From Ascidiella aspersa (taxonomy: Eukaryota): a stretch of 64,000 bases of DNA. The notes under the pieces are model-generated. The model did not search any database and was not told where the DNA came from. It saw only the letters and a list, made by a program, of their open reading frames with translations. Location: positions 27,280,001 through 27,344,000 of the forward strand of contig OZ004607.1 in the NCBI GenBank assembly GCA_963924565.1. Direction: 5' to 3'. This document shows positions 51,101 to 64,000 of the stretch, in pieces (position 1 is the stretch's first letter; each line of letters begins with the position of its first letter). Both the position numbers and the translations under genes were made by a program.

Positions 51101-54100
51101 ACATCGATTGTAAGACAGTAAGATCCTTAACCGATGCTCAACGAACAGAAAAGAAATATTTTACGCAACAGATGGAAGCAAATGTCGGTAATGACTTGAC
51201 GGTTAAAAGCATTCTGGCGGCCAACTGCGTCTGCTGTTACTCTTTTACGAGGCAACTTGGCAACAAAATTCGAGCGGAATTCATAAGCCTGGAAGAACAA
51301 TAGAACTGCAGAAACACACAGTGCCAATAAACACGAGTTAAATCTATGCCACTTAGACATCCACATAATTATACGCTGACGTGCGTTTAAGATCCTATAC
51401 CGCGTTTTCTCTGTTCTTGCTCCTTAAACATTGTCGACTGACATGTTATTACGCGAAAAAAGTTGTTCCACGTACATTTTAAAACTCTGCACAGTGATAA
51501 TAAAGAGGTAATAAACGCGTAACGCACAGCAGCAGAGAGCTCACGCACCAACACTCAGTATATAGTGTGCCGGCGTGCCTTGCATGCGCCCGCTTTGCCG
51601 GCCTACGCAAATGAACCAGGAAAACCTATTTAAATAGATGATCTGTTTCGGCTATTATTCTTTCCACAGGACACTAAGTTCAGCGGGCGCAAAGCTAAAA
51701 CACAAAAGGCGAGCAAATAAAGATCGTCGGTCACAAGCTCGAACTAAAAACTATACATGACCGTCAATGACGTGCGACGCTGACCCGACCCTCTAAAAAC
51801 ACAAATGACTATCGCATAACGGTTTAGGCTACGCAGAACCTGCATTCGCGGATAACTTACGGCCGACACAAGTGATTGAGGGACATTTGTCGGCACGACA
51901 ATTATAACGTGACTCCTGAGTCACTTCAAATCGGAAACTGATTCATTTTCACCTGCCCCCTCGTGCGCACTGCGAAAAACATGCCGACACGTAAAAGCCC
52001 TGTTCAGCACAAAATCGGGAACGGCGGGACTAAATGAACCGGTATACCCAACAAATAAATTCGTTTTTTTCAATGCCTTGCATTTTTTGGAAAACCGGGC
52101 CATCGTTTTATTCTTTCCTTCTCGGATAACCACGCTAGCATTTGGCTGCAACAAGGAAGCTAAAAATCCGACGCGTTGGCTTGCTGACTGATAATGCAGT
52201 TAATACAGGCGTAAATACCACCATACTCCGGAACCGCCATAATGACGGAAAGTTGCTACAAGTAAGCCATCACTCCTAAGAAGGCGACCATTCTTGGTCG
52301 CTACAAATATTCATCTTCGAAACCTGGCGCGATAAGAGGCACAGTTTACTTGCGTACATTGGGCTAACATCTTACGTCATTTGCCTTTAAGCCTTGCACG
52401 TTTTGCCAGCGTTGCCAAAGATTAAGTCAGTCGAGTTGGCGACCAGTAGTACCACTGCTGATCGACTTATGGTAGAGGAAAGGTAATACCACTACTGTTT
52501 TTCAGTATATCTTATGTGCTTGTGTTATGAAGTCTAACTGTGTGGCACTGGTTCACAGAACTCACTGGAAGTCGGATATGCCTTGTTTATGTGTCACCAC
52601 CCGACACCCGTGTGCTGAAAAACCTACTATACGGGCTTGTAAAGTTTCTCACAGTTGCAGCTCTTACCGATGGTCGACTTCACAGAAATAGCTTTCTCGA
52701 GACCGTGATATGACTGTATTGAGATCCGGAATTGCAATTTCGATCAACTTGGCCTAAAGTTCTGACCAATAACACGGCTATAAGGGTCTGCTGCGACACA
52801 AACGCCAGGCGGTTTCTCACTAAATCATAACATCAAATATAGGGTAAGAGCAATTTGTGTTTAAAAGCGCATTTAACTCTACGAACGCTAACGTTGGTGA
52901 ATATTTTTGGCTTCCAAACCCCTATGCCAAAATTCTGAGAAACCCAGAAAATCACCACGCGTTTCAGATGCAAATAGCGATTGTTCTGGATTATAAGAAT
53001 TTTATCAGTAAAATATTTCCTGTGACACTGGATAAAGGTGTACAACAATAAATAATATTGCCATTAACGTATTTCATATGTCAATATCAGTACATTTGGT
53101 ACACTGTCTGCTACAGAATAGAACGGTTTCTGCACCCTTTTTGTGACAAATAGGATCTTCAAATTCTAACAAATATAAGGTTAAATATACAAGTACATTA
53201 TTTACCTCATGCCTACATCTAGCTCAGCACAACTTTTTTTAGCATACGAACGGAGTTATAAAAAGTTGGCGGCAAACCAAGAAAAAATATACAAAAAACG
53301 ACAATAGGCAAATGGACAATTTTTAAAGGCAGCAAGAGCGAAGCACAGCAAATAGACAATGTTTAAAGGCAGCGAAGCACAGTTTTATGAAGCTTAAAGT
53401 AAACCTTTCCATATCTTTTTAAAGTTTGCATCTTATATGGTCTTCCTAAAACGTTTCAAGCCACTTAAATCGTGGAAATCGCCTCGGTTCCAACTTGCGA
53501 AGGCGGGGGACATCGAGAAATTTCACTTGCATTCGGAAAATAATATTAGGGGCGATTAAACCTAACATAGTTTTTTTCAAATTCTTTATTCGCAAGAAAG
53601 TCATAAAGTTACACGGTTGATTGCATATGGTCAAAATGCGTAACTTGGTGTAGCTTACGTTTTTCGTTTGTATTCTGTTACTCGTTTTTAAACTATTATA
53701 CATTACCTTTGTGAAATGTTGCGGAGCACTGAGCTAGATTCGCTACGTGGACATCTCAGTTTATATATATATATTGCATATAACTGTAGACATTTTCTGG
53801 TGACTTTTTTAATTATTTAGTTAACCCAAACAAAAGGCTATCGATCTGGCAACAAAAGCAAATAGGTTTTACTGCAGCCTATGCCTGAACCAAACGACCA
53901 ATTGCCTTTAAAGTTGGTTAATGAAGAAAACGTGCTGTACTGTTTACAGCTCGCGTATCCGCTTCCGCCAGCGCTGCTTCTAAGCATCGACAGCTTGCCC
54001 CGAACGACATTACGTCATAGGGCCGACGCGCTGAACCGGTGCAAGTGGAGCTGTTATTGTTTTTCGAGTCAAACCTCTTGTTCGTAGTGCTGGTATATGG

Positions 54101-56540
54101 TGTGTCGGGTTTAACTGTCTTTCTTGTTGGCCATATTATATCGCACAGCACATCAAGTGACCAAGCGGTCAAATTTGTTGTCTGATAGACCCAATATAAG
54201 AGTATGCGCCAAGTTGTGTAGTTTTGTTATGACTTTATGTAACGTTTTTATGAGGACAACTAAATGGCGATTGAAAGCTATTCTGTATAGCAATACAGTT
54301 GAAAACAACTTTTTGTTCTACTAATATCGCGAGAATTTGGCGCGGTTGAACACATGTCACAACTCACAAGGTATACAAGGCCAACAAACCATCGCTAATT
54401 AGTAGTTGTATACTTCACTCTAAACACGGTTAAGATACAATTGTAAACGAGAAGGCATGCGTATGTATAATAATATAATCTGCTGGCACTGAAGTTAAAC
54501 ACCACACGAAGGAATAAAACACGTCACTTGCAATCCAAAACTCTATTCGCTGGTAAAACTGCGTCTTGCTTTATTGGTCATCTTCGCTATACAGCTTTGA
54601 CAAGGAAACAATAATTAACCGCATTTGCATGTCAGCTCGAGGTGATAAAGGCCCTAGACATGACTGCCGCGTTCACTGTTGTCTGGTAAAAAAAACGCAA
54701 ACGAAATGTGATCTGGTTGTGCTGTTGTATTTTCTTCTACGTATGCACTAAGAAGCAACGTACTGGGTTTCTGTATAAAGTTTTTCAACATGACAAATAT
54801 ACGGACTAAGTGTCTATAATTTGTGTGCCGTGTCCTAACGCTAAACTTCCGTTATTCAAATATGTTTAAGTCGACCGACTCGAATTGACACAAAGGGACA
54901 AAAAGTCGATCCATATAATCTGCTTTAGTATACCAATTATTGTCATTATTATCAGGGTTGGACTTATCTACGTATAAAACCTAAGTCAAACTAAGCCATG
55001 CTCCCTAAATATATTTGTGAAATGTTCATGTCTTTCTAAACGACACATTAGTTAAGTACTGCCAGGATATCAGTAGACCCTGAGCAAATCGCCTGTAACA
55101 GGTAGTAGTTAAATATGGCCCCGCTTGAATGTATAACTTAATCCGAAAGATAACAATGTTGATGAGTTAAACAAGCTTGGCGATTTGCACGATTCAAATG
55201 GTTATTTTGTTTATAAATGCAAATATAATCCTAGTCAAAACAAATCTAAGCGGGATTAGAATTTTGAATAGACTTGCGAACAACACCTTTAGTCACATCG
55301 AGCATTTGACAGCAGAGATTGCAATCTAGAACAGTCAAGCCTGCTGTACGACGCCGGGTGCACTACACAACATCAATTATTTAACTTTCTCACCTGACGG
55401 CTAATCTTTCTGACTAAAACAAAACCTGATTTCTAGTCGCTAAAAGGCTTTACTATGTCGCTACCAGCACTAGGCAGCAGACATCTCCAAAATACGCATA
55501 TCCAATTGACTACTTGAGTATGACGTAATCGCCGACTCGGGACTTACACGGGCAATTTCTCCGGTTGCCCGTCTGGTTGATTTTGAGTCACGCCTTGAAC
55601 TAAACATGCTTTACGCCTGTGTTATGCCACAAGTAAACCGTGTAGGTTCGTAGGTGGTAGGCAGAAATAAATCAACAAAGGCGTGGCTAACTGTAAGACT
55701 TTACGATCATACACCACAAGAATCATATATCTGCATCGTTGGAATTCCACTTTAAACGCTAACTCTGTTGAACCTAGTTCAACCGTTTGTAAAACAGCAA
55801 TCGGCAAGCAAATATTGGTGTTAGTTAGACGATGGTGTGCACTGCTGGACAACATAAGCACACGACACACGTTAAACTTCCACCCGAACTAATCACTGAT
55901 AGGCTTGCTCCTCACAAGCGAATTACATCAAGATTATGAGCAACCGGCCAAACCATCAATTACGCTATCGGCGCGCCCGGCGTGACCGGAGGTTATATTA
56001 ACGTGGCGAAGCGTTGCAAGACTACGACGAAAGCAAGAGATTATGCGCGATCAAATCTTCTTGCCAGAACCAATAAACAATAACCAATGGCGCATACAAA
56101 TATTGGCTTTTCAAGATCATCAAGTGAAGTATGCCAAGACTTCGCCCACTTATGCAAACAACTTGTTTAAGTACTGTCGTATCTTGGAAGAGTGTAGGCT
56201 TACGACGCACAAACAATCTACATCGCTCTGCTGTCTAGTCTGTTTTAAAATACAGATGTAGCAAACTGTAAACACGTATCACATTAATATAATAAGGCTG
56301 TCTAATTACATACAGTAAGCTACATTGTTGTTGAAGGTTATGCCTAGAAATAAGAAACTGTTACTCATTGCTTCCGGATGGTGCGCTGCAAGCAATCAAC
56401 CCGGTCTGGGAATAACGTTTACAATACTACTTGCAAGTACCCACAACACCTAAAACCTTGATTACTTCAAAATGACTTTCACTCGTCTACTAGTATAGCG
56501 AAACATGCCCAGATAAACTGCACTGCTTAGCACTAAGTCG

Positions 56541-56753
56541 ATGGCGAATCAAATTCCTTGCTGCCAGCAACAACAGAGCAGAGCTGCGATAGACTGTGAC
56601 ACCAAGCACGAGCAGGCGTTCGAAAAACTGCGATGTAGTATGAAAAAGCTTGAAGCATGCGCACCTTTCCACAACAATGCCAAAAATGGACAGAGTCGCG
56701 TCGAACTTAACGACGTTAGTGCGAAGGTCTTGCTGCGCCCGAGTGAATGCTGA
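56541..56753 (+). CDS. Candidate 70-aa small ORF of unknown function
   Basis: ATG in good context (CGATGG), acceptor-like CTTTCACTCGTCTACTAG just upstream, AATAAA near 57008. No recognisable homology. Confidence 0.25.
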   Translation: MANQIPCCQQQQSRAAIDCDTKHEQAFEKLRCSMKKLEACAPFHNNAKNGQSRVELNDVSAKVLLRPSEC

Positions 56754-59406
56754 GCCTGTTGTTTGCACCGATTTGCTGTATAAGCTTTGCATGTGAATGG
56801 TTCAAAACTAGCAGATATGTATAAATGTAATAATATTGTAACTGAAAAACTTTGTGGGTATACCAAGCGATGCTTTATTAAGTAGTTGCAAGGTGGTCTC
56901 GATTCAATACGAGACCTACGTCTGTTACAGAAACACCTATAATGCGATTAATCAGTCTTCGGCTGGACATATTTCGCATTGTTACTTATCTCTACGGCAA
57001 CCGACCAGAATAAAAAAAATAAAAAACACGTTTATTGTACCATTTTTATTACAGTTAAATTTAACAGATATATAAGCAAACCTTAAAAACTATACCTAGG
57101 CTATTCCTTTAAATATAATTACATCAGTTACTTGTAGTTGTACGCTGCTTAAAATAACCTTTCACAAACGTGTCAAAATATAGAAACTGTCAAACTATGG
57201 CGAGGCAGCGTTTTAGCATAGCTGACTACCATCATAGCACGGTTTAAATTTAAATAGCACTGAGCCGGTGATATATCAGCGGTTTACACAAGCAAGCCTA
57301 CTGAGTGACAACTGTGACATAGCCTTTACTGGAAGTGCCGGTTTGTGCAAATGGCCGGCATCGCTTTTACGGCTTGCAAACTGCAAGCGATTTACGCGAC
57401 GAGAAAGGAGCCCAAGTTAAAAAAACTAAAAGAAGGGGAAGATATGCCCTACCTACCTTACCACTCATTTTATCAAGGAGAGTACCGCTCTAATAACCTG
57501 TGTTTGACATCAATGACTGAACAACAAAAGTTACAAAACAAAGCTGCATAAAGCCAACGAATACACGTTAACCATACGTTTGTTTACAGAACAAACAGAG
57601 AATTTGTATGTCATGGTACTGCTCAGAACCAGTTTCCTTTCGCAGAGGAAACTAGTCAGTGTGTGACGTCATCTTGTTGGAAGAACGTTGCGTTTTGAGG
57701 TGTTCTTCGTTAGGCTACTGGTATGGTTCTTGGGGTATTTTAAATCAGTTCAAAATTATTATTTTCAACTAAAAATCTCATAACCAAAGCAATATTTAAT
57801 GATGTTCCAAAACCAAAACGTAAGGATTATTCGTTTTTTTCTGAAATAAGCAAATTTTAACTTGTGTTGTCCAAAACACAAAAGTTTCGTATTGATTACA
57901 GGACGGCTATCTAAAGAGATACTTTAATTTGAACTAACATAGCTGCGCAGCTTGCTTCGAAGTTCACTACCAGAACGAATGTATTCGCCGGAACTTTAAG
58001 TATCACTACATATGTTGGTTGTTGGCCTTTTTATCCATCCTTTAAAAATAAAACTGTTTTCCGAAATTTCAAATTAAAAGTGTAAACCTTGCGTAGACTC
58101 GATGCATGCGTATCAACTTTGCCTTTTTGCAGTTGTCGCATTGTGAACTGCCATCTATCGTGCATAAGTAGCCGTGGTAATGGTGCCTCAACAAACTAAA
58201 CGTGCAATGGTAAGCGGCCCTGTCAAAATCTCGCATTGGTTTGTGTAATGTTGGCCACACTCAGGTCAAACAAACATGAATCCGCAGTCACGCGTAAGTT
58301 TACAATCATTTTCGCTTTCTCTGGTTTGAAATGTCGCTGAGGCTGCCAAGCCCTACTCAATACTGAAATAAGCTAACAAGTGTTTCGTTTTAGAATGCAA
58401 TAAGCGAGCGCCGTTATTAGCAGTTTTTTGTACCAATGCTCGCTATTTTTGTAACGTGTTGGCTTTTGGTACATTGTAAAATTCGCAACATTGTGTTTTG
58501 CTCAAAGGTAACACAACCGTTTGCACTATGCAACTGGGTCGTGCAGTCATGCTCTACATAGTTTCCTATATACGCTGTTGTTGCTTCCTGTTCTAAAGGT
58601 ACACGCTTGTCGTGACCGTTATAACACTGCTAAGAGTTTGATCAAATACACAACTTGCGTGTAACCGGTCAATTAATGCTCATCCCCTTTTGTGTTTGTC
58701 CATTTTAAGTTACCCATATAACGCCCGTTTCACTCTTTATTATTTAATCCGAGAAATTACTGATAAGTATAGCTCAGGGATTGGCAACAGAAGGCCCACC
58801 ACTTCTTTGGCGAACTGACATGAGGTCGTTTTCCATATTTTTGTCTATTTTATTTACATATGTAGTATGTTTGCGTTTTGCGGGAATCTTTTTAGCCAAA
58901 AGGCGCCGGAAACTAAAAAAAAGAAAGTTTTGTCAACTTAGTATATCTGAATGTATTTTGTTGTGTTGCGCACTAGTTCTTGCTTATTTTCAATGTCAAC
59001 ATATAATAGAGAGTTTAACGGTCCTATTCAAATTACCCCGCGTTTCCATAATGTGTTATATTGTGATCATGAGCGACGCTGTGGTGACCCGATTTTAAAC
59101 CAAACAAACGCATGTTTTTGTTTAGCAGTATGATAATTATAGCCCATTTTCAAATGCAAAAAATCATACGCTCGTCTTTAATTAACAGTTGTTATCACAA
59201 AATGCTTAAAACTCCAGGTTTTAACAAAAGTATCGGTTAAAACTTATTACGGCCCGCCGAGAACCTTCTGAGTTTGGGTCAGGCGCGCGACTAGGAAACT
59301 GTTACCGACACCTGGTATAGCTTATCCAAGATTGTGGCCAGGAACAAAAATTTAAACTAATAAAAGCCAGAGATTTAGCACACAAACAAATAGAATAAAA
59401 GATAAC

Positions 59407-59412
59407 TTTATT
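59407..59412 (-). terminator. Putative polyadenylation signal of DRG1
   Basis: TTTATT ~190 nt after the stop codon. Confidence 0.45.
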
Positions 59413-59602
59413 ATATTGCGTACGGGAAGGAACTGGGTATCTTGGGCAAAAAAATCCGGAAAAACAAGACAGTCCATCCCAGAAGGTAAGCCAGAGACTA
59501 AACCCTAAAACAACAAGGAAATCAATTAAGATAGTTTAGTTGCTGAGCAGCACATTTCTTTAATTTTTTTACAACTTTAGAAAATACTGATTGACGAAAT
59601 TA

Positions 59603-62019
59603 TTACCTTTTGATAATTTGAACAACATCTTCATCCATGAGAATATGCTCTTTGCCGACACTTTGCGGATTGTGCTTGACAGAAGAACCCCACACAAGAG
59701 CGCTAAAGCAATAAAATGCTAAGCGTCAAATAATCACTATAAATTTGAACTAGGACGACGAATATTACACAGAAGTTCTGTTTCTGTTTCAGTCGGGCTA
59801 ATTTATGAGCTCAAGTTTTAACTATTGTAAAGACTTTGCAAAAAACTAGGTTTTGCTAAAAATTTGAAGCCTTTACGACCTGCAATTAAAACTTACTGTT
59901 TAAATTCTTTTAATAACGTTCGATGGATTTTATTACAGAAATCTTCGACAGCAGGACTTCGCGATGAGAGTACAACTGGGGCCTCGTAGTCTGGAAGCTG
60001 ACCTTTTGGTTTCGTGTATCTGAATTAGAGTCATTTTTACACACATGAAGTATGTTAACAATGCTGTACAAATCTGTAAATTCATAGGCGCCGAGCTTTT
60101 AAAATTCCAGGGCGTTTTCCCCAACCAGTGCAAATATGATTATTAATCACATAATAATGTGACAGCTCTTTGATATTGCGCTGTTACACAATATGAGTAA
60201 AACAAACCATTTAGCGTAGAGTGATTTTTTTACAGCCCCTTTAATTTTCCACACTAATTTAGTGCGTATCTCGAAAATCCTAAACGTTTTAAAACCTTGT
60301 CAGGATGCCAGAGCTAAAAATGCTCCGCACACCCACGTTGGCGCTCATGTCTGTTACATAAGATTTTTTTTATAAAATCATAAAAAATATTAATAGGGGG
60401 GATTTTAACAGTTATTACATTCTGATCAGCTTTAAGTAGTCCCACATCATTTCCAATAAGTCGTCAAAATTCCATTTATGGTGGGCCGAAATAGGGACAC
60501 AGTGGGGCACTTTGTAAATGATGTCAAGTTCTTCAATAGAAATCTGAAACAAATATAATAGCTAAGCTCATCTGGAGCAATATCTTCCTTAAAGTTTAAC
60601 ACATCATATAATAGATATACAATATTCCTACTCAACAAAACAATTGAAAAACTGTTTTTCTACAATTGATAATAAGGAATTATCAAATTCTATTGAACAG
60701 TTTTACCTGGTCAATTTTATTTAAAATGTAAATGCAAGGAACATAAACTCGGTTTCCCTCCACCACATCAATAAGGTCATCCGAAGTGCAATCTTCCTTT
60801 AGAATTATATCAGCATTGTGTATTCTGTATTCAGCAAGGATTTTTTTGGCGATATCCGCGTCCAGTTCACTTTGTGCAACCTTGGGGGACATAATAATAT
60901 TTTAACAATAATAACAAATTATGTTAAATTACTTGTTTTTGTCAAAATATGTTACAAAACTCAGTGGGGGTATTCAAGTTGGATTTGGTGCAAGTGGGGA
61001 GAAGGAATTTTTAGCTTTTAGTTAACACCTGTTATTTTATGACCAAACCAATAAAAAAAATAAAAAAAAATTCATTTTGACAAAAAACAATTAAATATCA
61101 TGAAGTTTGAGACATGCACTATTTATCAATAATAATTACACAATAGCAGAAATTGCAGTAAGATCAGTTAATACAGTGCTTCTTAAACCATTTATTTTGC
61201 GACGCCCAAAATTTGTTGATCTTGTGACGTGCCCGGTAACATATTAGATGTTCCATGTAGGCAGAGCAAACTTTCAATTTCATTCACAAATGTAATATAT
61301 AATCCGTATTTTTGTCAATTATAAGCCTATTAGGCATTATTTTGTTACTGGTATATACCTCGCTGCAGATAACACATTGGTGACTAGGGTTTCCAAGCAA
61401 TTGTCATGATAAATGTTTAAAATGAATTTTGATAAAAAATGTTATTCAGTAATGTTAGATAATTTTATTGCTACAGTTAAAAAACACTGTGCGATGCCCT
61501 TGGAAGATTTAAATGGCCCACAGTTTGAGAACCTCCAAATCAAAATATAAACATTTCAGGTTTTTAAGTTTATCTGTGAAAAAGTAAACCAAACATGCTA
61601 CGGCTGTTCTTACCATAGCTTGGAAGTTGATTCCTCCCTTTTCTTTCATTTTATAATGAATATTAGGAGGGGTTTTATTGAGCCTTATTCCAAAACCTTC
61701 CAGTTCTTTTTCAATCAGCTTTTTATCACCAAGTGGCTTCAACACATCAAGTACAATAAATATGAGACTGCACGTTCTTGCCACTAAAAAATAAGAAAAT
61801 ATGCCACAATGGCGTAATATCAATTTGAAGCCACTGTTTGCTAAAAACACAAAGTAATACTGAATTTTTCTGTGAAAATATTTGGATATAGGCCTACCTA
61901 TGCAATTAAGGTAAGTAACACAACAAAATACAAACCTGCTATTACTTGTTTTCCTCGACCTTTGCCATCTTTTGCCCCTTCAATAATACCAGGTAAATCA
62001 AGCAGCTGAATTTTTGCAC
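59603..62019 (-). CDS. DRG1: Developmentally regulated GTP-binding protein 1, 3' exons (5' exons probably beyond the window)
   Basis: Exons 62019-61936, 61783-61614, 60880-60707, 60543-60419, 60019-59897, 59702-59603 encode [45 protein letters not shown]...[37 protein letters not shown]...[12 protein letters not shown]...[13 protein letters not shown]...[10 protein letters not shown], the DRG1 (not DRG2) signature. Confidence 0.96.
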
Positions 62020-62220
62020 CTAAAACAAAAAAAATTTTTAAATTATATAAAAAAATGTTTTTTTTTTAGTAATTTACAAGAAGAAAATTTAACAGAAAAG
62101 TTTTCTGTTTATTTGTAATAAAAAACAAACAGAAAACTACCGTCATTATAGTTCTGAAGTGATTAAAACTGAGGTAGGCAAGTGCTTATCAGCAATTTAC
62201 CCTTTAGGTTTTGTGTATTA

Positions 62221-63430
62221 AGTAGGGCGATTATTTTTTGACTGGTCAAAAAAGGTCAAAATTTACACTTTAGGTCAAAATTTGTCAAATTTTTTTAAGT
62301 CAAACTCAATTAAAAATGCACTTATTTCGTTTAAAAATTTAACAAAGTATAGTTACCTTTTTTAAATTGTCGTTAGATTAATTATATTCAAGGAAATTTT
62401 AACCGTATCATTAGAGCAATATTACTTCATTAGAGCAATATTACAGTCTACGTGAGCCGGCAAAATTAACCACCCAGGTCTGGTTTATCGCATAAGGTTT
62501 AGCTTAAACTTCTCTTTACTTTTTATAGTTGTGTATTCCTGATTTGGCCAAATTTCTTAATTGGATAATATACTAGGTCCAAATTGTTAATTTTCTGCAA
62601 TTATTTCTACCTTGTATTTCAACCGTTTACACAACATTTTTCTAAAACAACCAGCGTCTTGTCTTTCTTTTGCATTTTTATGGCTGTTTGTCTTTATGAA
62701 GTGACAAAAATGTCAATTAAGCATTTTCATGAGTTTTGCATAAACTTGAAAAAATAACTGATTTGTGTTCGACAAACATCACAATTGTGTGGTTGGCAAC
62801 GCCAAGACAGTACTCTATACCAGTGGTTCTCAACCGCCGGTCCGCGTCAACTTTCCTGCCGGTTCCCCAAATAAATTACAATCTTAACTCTCAACTACAA
62901 AATGCAAGATGCTGAATGCTTGTCCACCAAATTTAGAACTTCGCCAGCTTCGTAATTTGCAACATTGTGACATAACATAGAGTTAATTGTCTACTTTGGA
63001 CTTTATCGTACGACACAGTGCAAGTGTTGTGCCCAACTGTTTAAAATTAGGCTACTGATCGTTTAAGTCGTAAATTTTAGGACCAGTTGTATATGAAAAA
63101 CTTTATTAGAACCACGTATAACACGTATGATATAAAAAAAACAGCAGCAAATTGCTCAATGAATTAAGTTTCCACTCTTTGCTTTTAAGTTGCATACTTT
63201 TGTCACATTTGCATTTTGGGTTGATTTTCATTTTTGAAGGTCCACCGGTCCGCAAAATTTATTTTGAAATTTTACCGGTCCGTAAGATAAAAAAGGTTGA
63301 GAACCACTGCTCTATAGAACAATATGAGTTTTAAATCAATGTATTTCCAATAGGTCAAAATTTTATCACAAAAACAAATTCCAAGGTCAAAATTTCTAAT
63401 TTTTTTGGTCAAAAAATATTCGCCCCAGTA
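62221..63430. mobile_element. Outer TIR element in a DRG1 intron, hosting a nested MITE
   Basis: Imperfect TIRs TAGGGCGATTATTTTTTGAC / GTCAAAAAATATTCGCCCCA; repeated GGTCAAA(A) subterminal motifs at both ends. Confidence 0.6.
62821..63309. mobile_element. hAT/Charlie-like MITE with target-site duplication
   Basis: Perfect 15-bp TIRs CAGTGGTTCTCAACC / GGTTGAGAACCACTG; 8-bp TSD CTCTATAC / CTCTATAG. Confidence 0.9.
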
Positions 63431-63569
63431 ATAAGGAATTAACTACAGCACAATATATGAGGTTAGTGAGCTATAACTACTTCAATAAAGTCACATGTAT
63501 AAAAACAAAAATGTTTATATCTATAATGTTACATTAATTGAATTAAGAAATTTGTATATAGAACTATAT

Positions 63570-63645
63570 CAGGGGTCGGCAACCTTTTAAGCAGTGTGCC
63601 AGTTCATGAATAAAGGCAAAATATCAACAACTCGCGCGCCAACAT
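63570..63645 (+). mobile_element. Left end of another Charlie-like MITE
   Basis: CAGGGGTCGGCAACCTTTT...GTGTGCCAG...CGCGCGCCA; no partner TIR found in the window. Confidence 0.5.
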
Positions 63646-64000
63646 TTGCTTTGGTTTTGCACCGGCAACCAGGACTGCGGAGTGGGTTAAAAACAACCAG
63701 AGTCCCAGTCCAGCCAAATGTGATTTCTATGAGTCCCTAATATGGGGCTGACTCTACAGCCTGTATTTCACTCATTTCTGTAACTAAAATAAGATGGATA
63801 TTCAGCGATTCACTGATAAGGCTCATGGAAAATATGCCACTATATACCATTCCACCATAACAATTAACAGTTTGCTGCCTTATCAGTTTCGAAATTTACA
63901 TGCGCACACGTCGGACTTAGGTAGTTTAACCTAGCCTATACGAGTCTAAAGTTTTCTACAGCCCTGCTGTGATCTGCTAATTTATGAATGATTTGACATC

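Noticed and set aside
53218-53739. Possible decayed Charlie MITE with internal tandem duplication
   Set aside because: The left TIR is partly deleted and the TSD matches only 6/8; too weak to call with boundaries.
57270-57550. Minus-strand spliced mini-gene
   Set aside because: Donor/acceptor-like sites exist but no consistent in-frame ATG-initiated product could be assembled.

Overview
Eukaryotic, intron-rich animal genomic DNA. Short AT-rich GT-AG introns, many hAT-type MITEs and abundant TGACGTCA (DDV/MTS codons) suggest an invertebrate chordate, probably an ascidian (inference). Five genes can be read by hand-splicing. (1) 1-21115 (+): the 3' part of a giant adhesion GPCR. It has at least 38 near-identical 120-bp Ca-binding EGF exons in a ~206-bp exon+intron tandem array with an 8-unit higher-order repeat, then a diverged EGF, SEA, 2 EGF, HRM, GAIN/GPS and 7TM. 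(2) 22894-23337 (+): an intronless CFAP90/C5orf49 homologue. (3) 25923-26847 (-): an AANAT-like GNAT acetyltransferase whose C-terminus is replaced by a hAT-Blackjack-like transposon end. (4) 30233-45169 (-): an ESE-class (ELF3/EHF/ELF5) ETS factor with phase-compatible alternative N-termini and an unusual C-terminal tail. (5) 59603 to beyond 62019 (-): the 3' exons of DRG1. Also present are MITEs, a probable SINE relic, a hammerhead-like motif inside an inverted repeat, an intronic pre-miRNA-like hairpin and a ~14-kb gene-poor region upstream of the ETS gene. Most entries in the supplied ORF track are spurious because the genes are spliced.
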